Virus record (IMG/VR): IMGVR_UViG_3300042261_000981 | Span: 1-53,901 of that record | DNA: 53,901 nucleotides | Source: a virus | Taxonomy: Duplodnaviria; Caudoviricetes | Direction: 5' to 3' (one strand) | Shown here: positions 38,797-49,212 of the stretch, one piece after another | Position numbering within the stretch: position 1 is the first letter of the stretch | Layout of the letters: each line of letters starts with the position of its first letter | Made by a program: the position numbers and the translations under genes | Notes under the pieces: model-generated | Database searches by the model: none | Seen by the model: only the letters and a program-made list of their open reading frames with translations | What the model was told of the DNA's origin: nothing

Positions 38797-39161
38797 TTCA
38801 CTAGCATTTCAAAATTATATCCTTTTATTATGAAATTCAAATAAAGAATATCCCTGTATGATCCTTCATATAATTGAATATTGAAGTCATAACCTATTTC
38901 TTTCAATTCTGGAATATATTTATTAATTTGATCAGTTATTAAATTTCTTATGTCTGAAACTGGAACTTTCGTTTCCCATAAAAAATACTCAAGATTAGCC
39001 CCAAGATTTGGTTCCCCATATAAAGCTCCTTTATTAGTAAAAAGAGCCATTTCTAATTTTTGAACAATTACTTCTATAACGTCATCTTCAACTAATCTTT
39101 CGCTATGAAATCTTGGATGTCCGTCATACTTAATATATAAATCTTTAAAATCTAAAACCAT
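38793..39161 (-). CDS. Baseplate wedge gp25/GpW-like protein
   Basis: LFTNKGALYGEPNLGANLEYFLWE...I.KYIPE. Confidence 0.7.
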   Translation of the reverse strand: MVLDFKDLYIKYDGHPRFHSERLVEDDVIEVIVQKLEMALFTNKGALYGEPNLGANLEYFLWETKVPVSDIRNLITDQINKYIPELKEIGYDFNIQLYEGSYRDILYLNFIIKGYNFEMLVK

Positions 39162-39559
39162 TATTTATTCTTATTTTTCTTCCATTCGTTATAAATTTCA
39201 TTGAAGTTATCTAGATTTCTTTTTGCTTTATTAAATATCTTTTCTAACTTTTTTTTCTCATATTCATAATTTTCTTCTTCATCATGTATTCTAATTGTGC
39301 CGTACAAGTGGGTAAATCCTTTTTTATCTTTTTCTTTATTTCTTGGATCTTCTTTCCAATTTTCAACTTTCCACACACTTAAATTTCCAGCTAGTCTATT
39401 GGCTTCTCTTCTAGAATTTGCTAAAATATATCTCACGTGAAAATGATCTCTTCCTTCCATTCCACTATCATAAACATCATATATGTGTTTTTCTTCATTC
39501 CAATCTTCCTCACCATATGGATCTACTGAGTTTACTTCGTTGAATCTTATTATTTTCAC
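39161..39559 (-). CDS. Hypothetical protein, N-terminal DPYGEEDW
   Basis: GTG start, TAATATATA upstream. Confidence 0.75.
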   Translation of the reverse strand: MKIIRFNEVNSVDPYGEEDWNEEKHIYDVYDSGMEGRDHFHVRYILANSRREANRLAGNLSVWKVENWKEDPRNKEKDKKGFTHLYGTIRIHDEEENYEYEKKKLEKIFNKAKRNLDNFNEIYNEWKKNKNK

Positions 39560-39614
39560 AAAAACAGACTTTCTTTTTCTTATATATATTAAAAATTATA
39601 ACTCGTAAATTAAA

Positions 39615-39881
39615 GTGGTTAGTATCTCGGTCAAAGACTATATAGGAAAAGTAAAAGACGGTATAGCTGTCTTATTATCAATAAACATAGATGATTCCAT
39701 ATACCAAATGATATTTTGGTTTAATAGGGATTGTAAATATGTCTTAACTCCAGACGAAAATTTATTAAAACTACTTAATATAAAAAGTATTTATGAGTAC
39801 GAACATATAAACGATCTATTGGAAAAGATATTCAAAGAACTCCCTCCTGTTAAAGAACTTTTTGAAAAATTCGAAATTTAA
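39615..39881 (+). CDS. Hypothetical protein
   Basis: ORF fills the gap. Confidence 0.65.
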   Translation: MVSISVKDYIGKVKDGIAVLLSINIDDSIYQMIFWFNRDCKYVLTPDENLLKLLNIKSIYEYEHINDLLEKIFKELPPVKELFEKFEI

Positions 39882-39911
39882 TTTAATATATAAAAGAAAA
39901 CATCATTTTTA

Positions 39912-40865
39912 ATGATTCGAACTTTTGAAGAATATAATTTTTTCAACGAAGAAGAAGAAAAAATTGATCTCTATAATATAATATATCATAAAATTCTAAA
40001 TGGAGAATTGTTAATATACTACACTGGAAAACCTTATTATGGTAGATATACTTATAGAGCCATTAAAAATGAGGGAATTGATGGAGAAGACCACAATGAT
40101 GTAGATCCATACGGTGAAGAGATATGGAACGAACTACCAGAAGGTTTTCAAATATGGAGAGAAACTGGTTTATCTGAAGGTTCTATTATAACAGTACATT
40201 TTGGCGGAAAACAAGTTATTATAGCTAGAAAATCATCATTTTTGCCATATAATAAAAAATATAGTGATCTTAAGAAATTATTAAATACGAGATATAGAGG
40301 AAATTTGCCTTCTACTCTTGGAGCTTCTCCTTATGATTACAAAGGGGACCAAATAGAATTAGCTAAAGAACTCGGATTGGACGAATCAGTAAATGAACAA
40401 CTTATAGCGATATTAGGAGCAGTTCCTTTAATGTTATTTTTAACTATATTTGCAAGTAGAGGATTAATAACAAGAAAAGTCTATAAACACTTAATTAAAA
40501 AGGCAAATAATGTAGATATTCAAGTAAGATTATTAAATTTAAATAACGCTGCGGCTTTAGTGCATCAATATGACGTTGTCCCATTTTTTATGTCAAATAA
40601 AACTATTGACGATGGGAGGTTTTATTATATTCGTATAATTTCTGAAGAAAGAAGAATGGACGATGTAGATCCTTATGGCGAAGAGGAATGGGGAGAAGAA
40701 GCTACAGAAATATTAATATCGCAAAATACCAGAAAAATGTTAGTAAAAAATATTCCTATGGATGATTATCCAAAATTGCCTATAGCATCTAAAAGAATTG
40801 TTAAATTAACAAAAGGAGAATATAGACAAATTGTAGAAAAAATAACACCTTTAATTCGACAATAA
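39912..40865 (+). CDS. Two-module protein with two DPYGEExW motifs and a central TM helix
   Basis: ORF translation. Confidence 0.78.
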   Translation: MIRTFEEYNFFNEEEEKIDLYNIIYHKILNGELLIYYTGKPYYGRYTYRAIKNEGIDGEDHNDVDPYGEEIWNELPEGFQIWRETGLSEGSIITVHFGGKQVIIARKSSFLPYNKKYSDLKKLLNTRYRGNLPSTLGASPYDYKGDQIELAKELGLDESVNEQLIAILGAVPLMLFLTIFASRGLITRKVYKHLIKKANNVDIQVRLLNLNNAAALVHQYDVVPFFMSNKTIDDGRFYYIRIISEERRMDDVDPYGEEEWGEEATEILISQNTRKMLVKNIPMDDYPKLPIASKRIVKLTKGEYRQIVEKITPLIRQ

Positions 40866-41275
40866 TGGATAATTTAATGAAATATTCCATCTTCGAACAA
40901 CAAATATCATTTAGAAAAGATGGTGAACTTACATTCTTTACTAAAAGAAAAGATATAAAAATTGATATAGAATTACCAGAAAGTAATGCTAAAGGGCTAA
41001 TGTTTAGAAAAAATCTTCCAAATAATGCTGGTATGTTATTTGAATTTGAAGGTGAAGAAATTCTATCCTTTTGGATGAAGAATACATATATTCCTTTAGA
41101 TATAATATATGTCGACGCTAGACATCAAATAGTAGATATAAAACACGCTAAACCTTTAAGTACTAAATCTCTTCCATCAAAAAAACCAGCCAAATACGTT
41201 GTTGAAGTAAATGCTGGTTTTTGTGATGAAAATAATATAGGAGAAGGAGATTTTATGGATTATTCTATAATTTAA
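40865..41275 (+). CDS. DUF192 family protein
   Basis: GLMFRKNLP..GMLF, FWMKNTYIPLDI, YVVEVNAG. Confidence 0.9.
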   Translation: MDNLMKYSIFEQQISFRKDGELTFFTKRKDIKIDIELPESNAKGLMFRKNLPNNAGMLFEFEGEEILSFWMKNTYIPLDIIYVDARHQIVDIKHAKPLSTKSLPSKKPAKYVVEVNAGFCDENNIGEGDFMDYSII

Positions 41276-42528
41276 TCTAAATATTTTATTTTCCACCCCT
41301 TATGATTATCATATTTGCCTTCTAGAACATAATAAACATTTCTTCTACATAAATTATGATCTTTACAGAATTGATTTAATGAATGATCTATATATTCCTT
41401 GCCTTCTGGATCTATAAATAGAATTTTTCTTACAGAAGACATTTTTATTTTTTTATTACTTTCTGATATTTTTTTCTTATGATCTTCTGTTTTATATTTT
41501 ATTATATCTCCGTTATAACTTTTCAAGTGTATTGAATTATTGTCTTTATATACAACATTATCTGGATAAAGGGGAATTTTTCCAGATTTAGTGTCAATTA
41601 TATAAGTTGGTATGGCATAGCCACTAGTCCAACCTCTTAAACTAGATATGATTTCTAAACCTTTATCTAAGCTAGTTCTAAAATGAGATGAACCAAGTAT
41701 TTTATCTGTTTGATAAATATAATAAGGAACTACACGATTTATTAATAATTTGTGCATTAATTTTCTCATAGTATCCACGTCATCGTTAATTCCTTTGAGG
41801 AGAACTGTTTGTGAACGCATAACGATACCACAATCGGCGATTTTATTTAATGCTATTGAACACTCATCTGTTATTTCATCTGGATGAATAAAATGAATGC
41901 TAAGGTATAATGGATGATATTTCTTTAATATATTAAGAAGTTTATCATTGATTCTACTGGGAAGAACAACAGGAACTTTAGTTCCAATTCTTATCATTTC
42001 GACGTGTTTTATCTTTTTAATTTCACTTAAAAGAAATTCTATCTTATCATCAGGTAGAGTTAAAGGATCTCCACCTGAGATTAAAACGTCTCTAATTTCT
42101 GGATGTTCGGATATGTATTTAATACCTTCAATCCATTGTTCTTTTTTATAGTTGTTTTTATCAAAAATACGTGATCTAACACAGTATCTACAATTTGTAG
42201 AACAAAAATTTGTTACTATGAATAATACCCTATCTGGATATTTATGTATGATGCAATCAGTTTTTTTGTATTGGTCTTCAGCGAGAGGGTCTTCATTTTC
42301 ATCTGGAGACACATTGAATTCATCAATAGTTGGTACTACTGTTCTTCTAAGGGTATCGTTATCTTTAACGACGTTTAAGAAATATGGTGTGATTCTTAGA
42401 GGTAGGTTATTTACATTGGTGAGATTTTCTTCTTTTCTTAACTTTAGATTTTCTTTTAATTGTTGCAAATTCTTTATTGAGGTAGCAACTTCTTTGAGCC
42501 AGACATCCTCCGCATCAATTGTTTTCAT
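41272..42528 (-). CDS. KamA/EpmB-family radical SAM aminomutase fused to a NUMOD-like DNA-binding tail
   Basis: EDPLAE, HKYPDR, CSTNCRYC, ISGGDPL, QTVLLKGIND, GKIP; tail EDHKKKISES...SLNQFCKDHNL...HKGW. Confidence 0.9.
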   Translation of the reverse strand: MKTIDAEDVWLKEVATSIKNLQQLKENLKLRKEENLTNVNNLPLRITPYFLNVVKDNDTLRRTVVPTIDEFNVSPDENEDPLAEDQYKKTDCIIHKYPDRVLFIVTNFCSTNCRYCVRSRIFDKNNYKKEQWIEGIKYISEHPEIRDVLISGGDPLTLPDDKIEFLLSEIKKIKHVEMIRIGTKVPVVLPSRINDKLLNILKKYHPLYLSIHFIHPDEITDECSIALNKIADCGIVMRSQTVLLKGINDDVDTMRKLMHKLLINRVVPYYIYQTDKILGSSHFRTSLDKGLEIISSLRGWTSGYAIPTYIIDTKSGKIPLYPDNVVYKDNNSIHLKSYNGDIIKYKTEDHKKKISESNKKIKMSSVRKILFIDPEGKEYIDHSLNQFCKDHNLCRRNVYYVLEGKYDNHKGWKIKYLD

Positions 42529-42737
42529 CGTACTTTATATTTCTTTCCTTTCATTTGTTTTTATTGGGTCTTTCAGCTTATATACTCTCTATTTTAAAAG
42601 TTTGCATTATATATCTACATTAAGATATCGTTTTTTTCCATTTTTTTACAATACACGTTTGTAAATATCAATTTTTATTGAAGTTTGCAAATATATGAAA
42701 AATTATTTTATTAAAAAAAATTGAATATATTTTTAAT

Positions 42738-43133
42738 TCATTGAATGTGTCCTTTTCCATTGAACGCTTTACCGGAAAAGACTGTTGCTTTTGGTTTTTT
42801 TGGTTTTTCTTGTTGGACAAAATTTTCATAGTCATCGACTATTGGTTGAGATTCTGGGTCATCTTTTTCTGCATATATTCTATCTAAAAGAACCCTATAA
42901 AATAATATATCTTTTACAACATCATCAAAATTTAAGGGTCTTTTTTTGTTATCTTCATTAAACATATATTTTAAATCTCCCATATAATGTAAGATTTTTT
43001 TCATATTGCTTTCTTTTAGAAAGTATTGTCTTATTTCAGACGATGTCATTCCTTTTTTCCTATATATTCCATCAACTATATGCTTTAATCTTTCATAGAT
43101 TTGAATAGTTACTGGATTCGCTATACCTATCAT
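42738..43133 (-). CDS. Hypothetical protein
   Basis: Start set after TAATATATA at 43157-43165. Confidence 0.65.
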   Translation of the reverse strand: MIGIANPVTIQIYERLKHIVDGIYRKKGMTSSEIRQYFLKESNMKKILHYMGDLKYMFNEDNKKRPLNFDDVVKDILFYRVLLDRIYAEKDDPESQPIVDDYENFVQQEKPKKPKATVFSGKAFNGKGHIQ

Positions 43134-43214
43134 TTTAAACTTATAATTTTTTTGATTATATATTAAAAAAATATCGAAGATTTTTAATATATACATTTAA
43201 AACCACTAAAAATT

Positions 43215-44441
43215 ATGAATATCAGGGAAACTTTTTTAAATTTGACAAAGTTCACAATTCCACACGGTAAAGAAGATACACTCAGACAATATTTACCAAA
43301 CGGAGTTAAAAGAGACGAGTTTGGTAACTATATGATTACCGTCGGTAATAGTGAAACTTTATTTACATCACACCTCGACACTTGTTGTCACGAAATGGAG
43401 AAAGTAAATCATGTTATAGAAGGAAATATAATAAAAACTGACGGTACAACTATACTAGGTGGAGATAATAAAACTGGTGTAGTTATACTTCTAAACATGA
43501 TAGAACATAATATTCCCGGATGTTATTACTTTTTTGCTGGAGAAGAACCAACAGCAAAAGATGGTGGTTTATACGGTTCAAAACATGCATTAGCCGCAAA
43601 CCCAGAATTCTTTAAGAAATTTAAAAGAGCTGTCTGTTTTGATAGAAAACACCACGGTTCTATAGTGACCCGTCAAATGGCAAGATTCACTTGTAGTGAA
43701 GCATTCGTTGAATCTCTAATTGAAGAATTTAAAAGACAAGGACTTGAATATCATCCAGATCAAACTGGTTGGTACACAGACACAGCTGTATTTCTTAATG
43801 TAATTCCTGAAGTTACTAATTTATCAAGTGGTACTTGGTATGAACATAGTGATAATGAATATGTTGATATGAATTATCTAGAAAAGGTAGCAGAAGCTGC
43901 CTGTCATATAAATTGGGAAAATTTACCTACGGTCAGAGTAGCAAAAAGAGAATCTTCTAAAGAAGAAACTACTGTTCATACTTTCAAGAAGTTTGCAAAT
44001 CTTAATAGTGATAAAAAAATATTTTATAAGATTTGTGGATATATGGATATGTTCAATTTCTTATGTTTGAATGATGATGAATTTGAGCCAGGACTTAATA
44101 TGATATTCTCACGTTGGCACGAGGAAGTTCGTATTCTTATTAAAGTGGAAAATGGAGTAATCTTTCTAAATAATGAAAGAGTTGGTGATTTGAAAGCTTT
44201 TGAGAAGATGTTAAATATAGGATTTGAACAAAAAGTAGATTTAAATAGTTTTGTAGAAGAAATAGAAGATATATCAGATCAAATAGAATCTGATAATATT
44301 CCAGAAAAAGCTTTGATTAGAGTACTTGATAAACATGGTGTCACAATGCAAGATTTGATAGCTTATTTTCAAGAAAAGGATTGTCAATTAAAGGACTGGG
44401 CTACAATTAATCCAAAGACAGGTAAATTTACTTTGAGGTAA
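43215..44441 (+). CDS. M20/M28-like zinc peptidase
   Basis: TSHLDT, LGGDNKTG, GEE, FDRK, YTDT, YEHSDNE. Confidence 0.85.
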   Translation: MNIRETFLNLTKFTIPHGKEDTLRQYLPNGVKRDEFGNYMITVGNSETLFTSHLDTCCHEMEKVNHVIEGNIIKTDGTTILGGDNKTGVVILLNMIEHNIPGCYYFFAGEEPTAKDGGLYGSKHALAANPEFFKKFKRAVCFDRKHHGSIVTRQMARFTCSEAFVESLIEEFKRQGLEYHPDQTGWYTDTAVFLNVIPEVTNLSSGTWYEHSDNEYVDMNYLEKVAEAACHINWENLPTVRVAKRESSKEETTVHTFKKFANLNSDKKIFYKICGYMDMFNFLCLNDDEFEPGLNMIFSRWHEEVRILIKVENGVIFLNNERVGDLKAFEKMLNIGFEQKVDLNSFVEEIEDISDQIESDNIPEKALIRVLDKHGVTMQDLIAYFQEKDCQLKDWATINPKTGKFTLR

Positions 44442-44499
44442 ATTCTTCAAACAATTTTCGTATTTTTCTTTATATAAAATAAAAACATTTACTAAATAA

Positions 44500-46212
44500 A
44501 TGCCTGATGTCGCATTAACTAATAGATCCTACAACGAAACAATAAAGAGGGCAGACCAATATTGTAAAAGTAAAGAATATGAGAACGCTCTAGATCTTTA
44601 CAAGAAATCTCTTGGTCTCAAACCTGATATGGAATATCCCGCCAAACAGATAGGGAAACTTAATAATATTTTAGATCTAAAGAAGAAAATAAGCGACATA
44701 TCCGCTTCTTATTCTTATAACAAAGCAATGCAGTTGGCACTTAAAACAGTGCTCAATGCCACATACGGGGCATTTGCCAATAAATATTTCGTTTTATCAA
44801 ATTCAAAAATAGCTAACGCCATCACAGCGATGGGTAGAGATCTTATTAGATATATGATTGTATCTACAGAAAATTATTTCTACAATATATGGCATACTGA
44901 TACTAAAAACCAAGAAATTCTTGGGTCTGAATATATTGCAGTTGGAAAGACTGATGGTAAATATTACTTTCTAAATAAAGAGTTCAAAAAAATAGACAGA
45001 CCTTATCAATTTTTCAATACTGGTGAATCTGGTGATATATTATTATCCAGACAAATAAATATGAGTAGATTAAGAAAAGTAGATGATATTGGTAGTGTTG
45101 GTGATTTTGAAATATTATATGAATATAAAATCTTTGACATAAAAGAAATAAAACCATTAGATGTTAAACCTAAGTGGGTAAAAGGAGTTGATAATGATTC
45201 TATGTTTTATCATGGAAATAATCCTATAAGTATGTATGGAGATACAGACTCTTATTATTTTTCGTATAAGCCATTAATGGAGTCTTGTGGATATGAGGGT
45301 AACGAATTAGAATTCATTTTACATTTTGATAAAGTAATAATGAAAAAACTTCACGCACAATTCCTTGAAGTTTATGCTAAAAGATATGGTGTTACCAACA
45401 AACAGGATTTTGAGTTGGAAACAATTAGTAAATCAATTCTTTTCTTTGAAAAGAAGAACTATTTGAAGAACATAGTTTGGGAAGATGGTATTTTCTTTGA
45501 ACCTTTGGAATATTTCTCACCAACTGGAATTAAGATTGTAAGAAGTGAAACACCACCGTTTGTGCGTGGTAAAGATCAAAAGGGCGGTATTTGGGAATTC
45601 ATTAGATATTTATTCCAAAATTCTGATAATTTGAATATTAAAGACATTCTTAGAATTGTAAAACAAATTAGAAAAGAATTTGATTTAGAAGAAATTGATA
45701 ATATTTCAAGTCAAACTGGATGTTCAAATTATAGGGATAAAGTAATAAATGACACAACTGACATAGAAATAGAAAAGGGAGCTCATTACGCAGTAAAGGC
45801 TGCGGCCTTCTATAATTACTTATTGAATAGAAATTCAGAATATAAAACTAAATATGATATGGTTAGGGGTGGAACAAGAATAAAATATTATTATTGTAAA
45901 CATGACAAACATAACGTATTTGGTTATCTAAGAGGAATGCATCCCACAGAAATAACAGAAAAAGAAAGAGTCATATTTGATTATGATGCTCAATTTGATA
46001 AAACAGTTCTCTCCATTTGTAATAGTTTCTTAAAGGCTCTTGATCTTCCAATGATCAATAAGAGAATGGGTGTATTGGGATCTTTATTTGCATTCAAATT
46101 ACAACAACCAAAAAGAGAAGAGGAAGTCGAGGATGAAGGTCCAGTCGTTGGTATGTTGTTCAACGTTGATGATGATGAACACGAAGATGATGATGATGAT
46201 TATTTCAAATAA
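44500..46212 (+). CDS. Family B DNA polymerase, C-terminal subunit with N-terminal TPR-like extension
   Basis: QLALKTVLNATYG (motif B), YGDTDS (motif C), KKNY, GIKIVRSETP; no exonuclease domain or motif A. Confidence 0.92.
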   Translation: MPDVALTNRSYNETIKRADQYCKSKEYENALDLYKKSLGLKPDMEYPAKQIGKLNNILDLKKKISDISASYSYNKAMQLALKTVLNATYGAFANKYFVLSNSKIANAITAMGRDLIRYMIVSTENYFYNIWHTDTKNQEILGSEYIAVGKTDGKYYFLNKEFKKIDRPYQFFNTGESGDILLSRQINMSRLRKVDDIGSVGDFEILYEYKIFDIKEIKPLDVKPKWVKGVDNDSMFYHGNNPISMYGDTDSYYFSYKPLMESCGYEGNELEFILHFDKVIMKKLHAQFLEVYAKRYGVTNKQDFELETISKSILFFEKKNYLKNIVWEDGIFFEPLEYFSPTGIKIVRSETPPFVRGKDQKGGIWEFIRYLFQNSDNLNIKDILRIVKQIRKEFDLEEIDNISSQTGCSNYRDKVINDTTDIEIEKGAHYAVKAAAFYNYLLNRNSEYKTKYDMVRGGTRIKYYYCKHDKHNVFGYLRGMHPTEITEKERVIFDYDAQFDKTVLSICNSFLKALDLPMINKRMGVLGSLFAFKLQQPKREEEVEDEGPVVGMLFNVDDDEHEDDDDDYFK

Positions 46213-46253
46213 TTGATTTTTTTATTTTAATATATAATCAAAAAGATTATATC

Positions 46254-47183
46254 ATGCCTTTAACATTTCAAAAATATTTTGAAGAATATACAAGTTATCA
46301 TTCTTTTACAGATTTATTAAATCTGACTAAAGAAGTATCCGATTACGTTTATAATAACGATATTACCAAAAGCCAACTCTTTGATGAATTTAAGGAGACT
46401 GATGATGGTTATGTTATTCTTTTTAATAGAAGTGGAAAGAAAAATTATTTTATTGATCTTAAAAAGAAGAAAGTCTTTGATGATAATAAAGACGAACAAC
46501 TAATAGATTCAGTTTATGAAGATATTGAAAATCTTTATAATATAATAAAAAATTACGAATTTATGGTTAATATTAAACAAATAGATGAGAAAATAAAAAC
46601 ATTTGATGAAATTGTAGAGAAATTAGATTCTACAGATTATGACTATGATAATATAATACAAATGTTAAAATCCCAACACGGTTGGGGAGATTTAAGTGGA
46701 CAATATTTCGAAGATTTCGAAAATTCTGAATATTTTAATGATCCTATAACAGACGGAGAATATGCAGATCAAATGCACAAGTGGTTATATGCAAACCAAA
46801 CAGGAGCAGATGATTCTGTATATGAATCATTTGAGGGAGATTATAAATCTAAATTATCTCATAAATATACATCATTGAAAAGAGGAATTTTAGATATTCT
46901 TGATAAGACATTAAATAGTGATGCTACGAAACTTCAAGGATTTATGGAAGATTATATTGATCCAGAGTCAAACGAGATATTAGAAGGATTTGTAGAAGAT
47001 GCCGATATATTTGATTTTTACTTAAAATATCAAGCTGACATAGATCAGATTCTTAAAGATAGAGAATATTATAATGATCCACCAGAAGTAGAAAGTCTGT
47101 ATGATTATGTCATTGATGGGACATTTGATGCTGTGGTTTATTGTATGGAGGATATGAAAAAGGAATTATTTGATAATGATTAA
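46254..47183 (+). CDS. Acidic hypothetical protein
   Basis: ORF, TAATATATA at 46228. Confidence 0.8.
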   Translation: MPLTFQKYFEEYTSYHSFTDLLNLTKEVSDYVYNNDITKSQLFDEFKETDDGYVILFNRSGKKNYFIDLKKKKVFDDNKDEQLIDSVYEDIENLYNIIKNYEFMVNIKQIDEKIKTFDEIVEKLDSTDYDYDNIIQMLKSQHGWGDLSGQYFEDFENSEYFNDPITDGEYADQMHKWLYANQTGADDSVYESFEGDYKSKLSHKYTSLKRGILDILDKTLNSDATKLQGFMEDYIDPESNEILEGFVEDADIFDFYLKYQADIDQILKDREYYNDPPEVESLYDYVIDGTFDAVVYCMEDMKKELFDND

Positions 47184-47487
47184 GAGATTCAAGTTATATG
47201 AGTCTATTAATAAAGAATATGTTGTGGATTATCACGATGTCCCAAAAGAAGTGGGTAATGCTCTTTATGATATAGCAAGGGAAAGAGGGTATCATAATCA
47301 TTGTTATATCGAAGTAGTGGTGGGAGATGAAGCAAAACCAGAAGATGAAGTTAAAAATTTAGAAAATGTTCTAATAGATTATGGCGACGGGTACTTTTAT
47401 GAAAGAGGAGATAATGTCATAGTTGATTGGCTTATAGATAATGGAGCTAAAGAAGGAGATGAAGTAACCTTCAAAATATGGTGGTAA
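47176..47487 (+). CDS. Hypothetical protein
   Basis: MIKRFKLYE N-terminus. Confidence 0.7.
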   Translation: MIKRFKLYESINKEYVVDYHDVPKEVGNALYDIARERGYHNHCYIEVVVGDEAKPEDEVKNLENVLIDYGDGYFYERGDNVIVDWLIDNGAKEGDEVTFKIWW

Positions 47488-47504
47488 AAAATAATATCTA
47501 TGTA

Positions 47505-48416
47505 ATGAATAACTTAAAGAGTTTCGATGAATATTATAAAACAAACGAGGGATTTTTTGAAAATTTTTCTGGTCGTTTAATTTTCGACCGTATAAAAAGA
47601 GAACTTCAAAATGATGAAAATTTGAGAAGATTGACAACAGGTAATTCTGAGGGGGAATCGCGTGATAAATTTTATAAATATTCTATGAATGGCGGTGATA
47701 TTATTTCTGTGTCCATTGGTGGAGGCGAATTTCATAATCCTCCTCAAATTTATTTCAATAATAATAATATGAGCAGAGAAGTAAATAGTAAGATAATAAT
47801 TAACATTTATAATTTTCTAGAAGAAAAGTATCAAGGAGTTAACGAAGGTTTTGGAAAAAATATAGTAACCGCAGGGTTGTTATCTTTGGCTTTAGCGTCT
47901 GGTAAAGGACAGGATATAAGTAAAATGCATCCTTATAAAGTTGTAAAACTAACGATGAATGATAAAGAGAAACTTCATATGCCAAAAAAACCGGATGAAC
48001 ATAAAACAGCTACTCCATTTAAAAAACCTAGTGGTTCTGCTCCAACTTCAACTCATCATTCCCATAAACCAAAACCTAAAAAAATAAATACAACTGAATA
48101 TGGTATTATTACAAAAAAGGATAGAGATATTGATGAGCTAAAACCATTGAAACCTAGAACTATTACAAACGTGAATAAGCCAGACATAAAACCAGCTAAG
48201 ATTAAAAAAATTGTTAATAGAAGAACAAAAGAAGAACAAGAGGAATTTGTAAACCATTTGTGTAAAGTAGCAAAGAAAATGGATAGGGATCAAAGAAAAA
48301 CTAGAGGTAATAAAGTAGGTAATAAAGTAATAGGATGTTTAAGTAGTTCTGCAGCTAAATGGAAAGAAGCAGATAGACAAGCAAAAATTAGAAAAAACAG
48401 AGATCCACACTGGTAA
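47505..48416 (+). CDS. Two-module hypothetical protein with basic C-terminal half
   Basis: MNNLKSFDEYYKTNE start; internal VNEG followed by a hydrophobic stretch. Confidence 0.75.
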   Translation: MNNLKSFDEYYKTNEGFFENFSGRLIFDRIKRELQNDENLRRLTTGNSEGESRDKFYKYSMNGGDIISVSIGGGEFHNPPQIYFNNNNMSREVNSKIIINIYNFLEEKYQGVNEGFGKNIVTAGLLSLALASGKGQDISKMHPYKVVKLTMNDKEKLHMPKKPDEHKTATPFKKPSGSAPTSTHHSHKPKPKKINTTEYGIITKKDRDIDELKPLKPRTITNVNKPDIKPAKIKKIVNRRTKEEQEEFVNHLCKVAKKMDRDQRKTRGNKVGNKVIGCLSSSAAKWKEADRQAKIRKNRDPHW

Positions 48417-48534
48417 AAATTAATTTAATATCATGAATAATATAAAGTCGAATATAGATAAAATATTAATTATATTCATTCCAGCCTTCTTATCTAAGAA
48501 GTAATTATAGTTTTGAAGAACTTTTCAGGGCATT

Positions 48535-48563
48535 AAAAAACCACTTATTTGAGTGGTTTTTTT
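48535..48563. terminator. Bidirectional terminator
   Basis: aaaaaaccactt attt gagtggtttttt. Confidence 0.75.
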
Positions 48564-48565
48564 AT

Positions 48566-48868
48566 TTAGATATACATTATATTATCTTTAGGATTATGTC
48601 CTATTATTTTCCCTGTATATTTTTCCCCCTTAAAAATTCCATATTCCACACCCTTGCAGCATTTATCTTTTTTATTCTTTTTCTTCTCATTCAATTTCTT
48701 TTTCTTCTTTTTCTTGGGTTTCATACCTCCACATACGCTACAATGGCCACAATGTTCTGTAAGATTCCATTTCATCTTGCCTTTTTTTCTTTTCTTCTTA
48801 CCACATGAACACGCTGGAACATCACCTGAACCTTGTTCAAAAAGTTGATTAAATTTTTTAATTTGCAT
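48566..48868 (-). CDS. Lys/Cys-rich small basic protein
   Basis: CSC, HCGHCSVC, poly-Lys tracts; MQIKKFNQLFE start. Confidence 0.7.
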   Translation of the reverse strand: MQIKKFNQLFEQGSGDVPACSCGKKKRKKGKMKWNLTEHCGHCSVCGGMKPKKKKKKKLNEKKKNKKDKCCKGVEYGIFKGEKYTGKIIGHNPKDNIMYI

Positions 48869-48869
48869 A

Positions 48870-49193
48870 TTACTTCTTATATTTTTCGTTAATAAAATCT
48901 ATGTGTTCATTTATCTTTTGAAAATTAAAAGAACCAATCGCTGCTTCTACTTTCACTTTCTCTAGAGTAAGAACTTCTTGTTTTGCTTTTTCTTGCTGAA
49001 CATAATTATATAAAACTTCAGTTAGTTCTTCTATACCATCTAAAGATATGTTAACATCGCCATCAATATATCCTCTATTACCATCAATTTTAACGGTGAC
49101 ATTTTCTTTTATAATAGAATATAAATCATTCTTAGTTTTATCCGTATATTTACGAGTATCAATTCTACCAATTTTTTTTGTAAATTTATCCAT
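48870..49193 (-). CDS. Hypothetical protein
   Basis: ORF in operon. Confidence 0.7.
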   Translation of the reverse strand: MDKFTKKIGRIDTRKYTDKTKNDLYSIIKENVTVKIDGNRGYIDGDVNISLDGIEELTEVLYNYVQQEKAKQEVLTLEKVKVEAAIGSFNFQKINEHIDFINEKYKK

Positions 49194-49212
49194 GTTCTTT
49201 TATTTTTTTTAT

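Noticed and set aside
18287-42528. Pyrrolysine system (CUA tRNAs plus a lysine mutase)
   Set aside because: The tRNAs are canonical cloverleaves, the mutase is KamA-family rather than PylB, and no pylS/C/D genes are visible.
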